Assembly: GCA_963699545.1 (NCBI GenBank)
Contig: CAVOUE010000006.1
Coordinates: 384,001-448,000, forward strand
DNA length: 64,000 nt
From: Nitrospirota bacterium
Lineage (GTDB): Bacteria; Nitrospirota; Thermodesulfovibrionia; Thermodesulfovibrionales; UBA9159
Direction: 5' to 3'
The notes beneath the pieces are model-generated. The model was not told the DNA's origin. It made no database searches and was given only the letters and a program-made list of their open reading frames with translations. Positions within the stretch are counted from its first letter, which is position 1, and every line of letters starts with the position of its first letter. This document shows, piece after piece, positions 63,252 to 64,000 of the stretch. The translations under genes were made by a program, and so were the position numbers.

Positions 63252-64000
63252 TGTTTTCCCCCTCTATCCATTGATTTCCACCTCGCTGCTTTCTCTGCTT
63301 GCCCCTCTCCGCGGGTCAAAAAGTTGATCACTTTGGGGTCTTTTGATTCGGCGAGAAGTCTTCTGGGATCTCCGGCTGCGATCATTGTCTTCGTATCGGC
63401 ATCGAGGAAGACCGAGTTGTTTCCGATCGCGAAGATACTCGCCAGCTCATGGGTCACGACGACTACCGTAGAGCCGAGACTATTTCTCAGCTCGATGATC
63501 AGCTTGTCAAGGAGATGTGCGCTGATCGGATCGAGTCCAGCAGACGGCTCATCGAAGAAGAGGATTTCAGGGTCTAACGCCATGGCGCGGGCAAGTCCGG
63601 CGCGCTTCTTCATACCGCCGCTGATCTCAGAGGGATAATAGTCCTCGAAACCGGAAAGCCCGACGAGTGAAAGCTTCAGAGAGACGATTTCATTGATCTG
63701 AGCCGGATCCAGATCCGTGTATTGCTGGAGCGGGAGGGCGACGTTTTCGGCGAGAGTGAGGGAACTCCAGAGGGCCCCGCTCTGATAGAGTATGCCAAAT
63801 TTCCTCATGATGCTCTTCTGCTCTTCGGGCCCAACGGACCAGAAACTCAGGCCGTCGTAAAGGATATGTCCTTTTGCCGGCTGGAGGAGTCCGACCATAC
63901 TTCGCAAAACGGTGCTCTTGCCTCCCCCGCTTCCTCCCATAATTATGAAAATGTCGCCCCTGTTAATGGTAAAGGTGAGGTCGTGCAGGATCACATTGCT
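63248..64000 (-). CDS. MlaF-like ABC ATP-binding protein (start outside the window)
   Basis: GGSGGGKS, ISGGMKKR, FDEPSAGLDP. Confidence 0.93.
   Translation of the reverse strand, partial: SNVILHDLTFTINRGDIFIIMGGSGGGKSTVLRSMVGLLQPAKGHILYDGLSFWSVGPEEQKSIMRKFGILYQSGALWSSLTLAENVALPLQQYTDLDPAQINEIVSLKLSLVGLSGFEDYYPSEISGGMKKRAGLARAMALDPEILFFDEPSAGLDPISAHLLDKLIIELRNSLGSTVVVVTHELASIFAIGNNSVFLDADTKTMIAAGDPRRLLAESKDPKVINFLTRGEGQAEKAARWKSMDRGGKQ

Overview
Bacterial chromosomal window, mostly core genes. Gene content suggests a Nitrospirota/Desulfobacterota-like organism (inference only). Small indels split many conserved genes (acnA, prpD, aroK, aroC, mfd, gspE, murA), most likely assembly errors. Left to right: an RSPP-ending membrane ORF and an Lpp-like lipoprotein; Rrf2 regulator; Pat-type acyltransferase facing a deacetylase; methylcitrate operon prpBCD-acnA beside tRNA-Asn; glnS-gltX-tilS; an integrase-less integron cassette array (about 17.6-21.46 kb); bioB-aroB-aroK-aroC; two subtilisin lipoproteins flanking a CPBP protease; a TPR lipoprotein; a repeat-rich metalloprotease; mfd to uppS; GT2-wbaP-gspEFHIJKLM-murA; accD-trpAB; a PIN toxin-antitoxin pair; an MCE/ABC operon. 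Top observations: (1) an IS1111-type IS110 element sits inside an attC site, and its roughly 530-nt non-coding end carries two repeated guide-like domains matching both strands of the attC R'' target (candidate multi-guide bridge/seek RNA); (2) a candidate Cys-CTERM sorting system of two proteases plus a myxosortase-like enzyme; (3) a candidate arrest-peptide/anti-SD switch controlling the lipoprotein; (4) 7/8-mer repeat elements, some inserted in frame into aroC and gspI.
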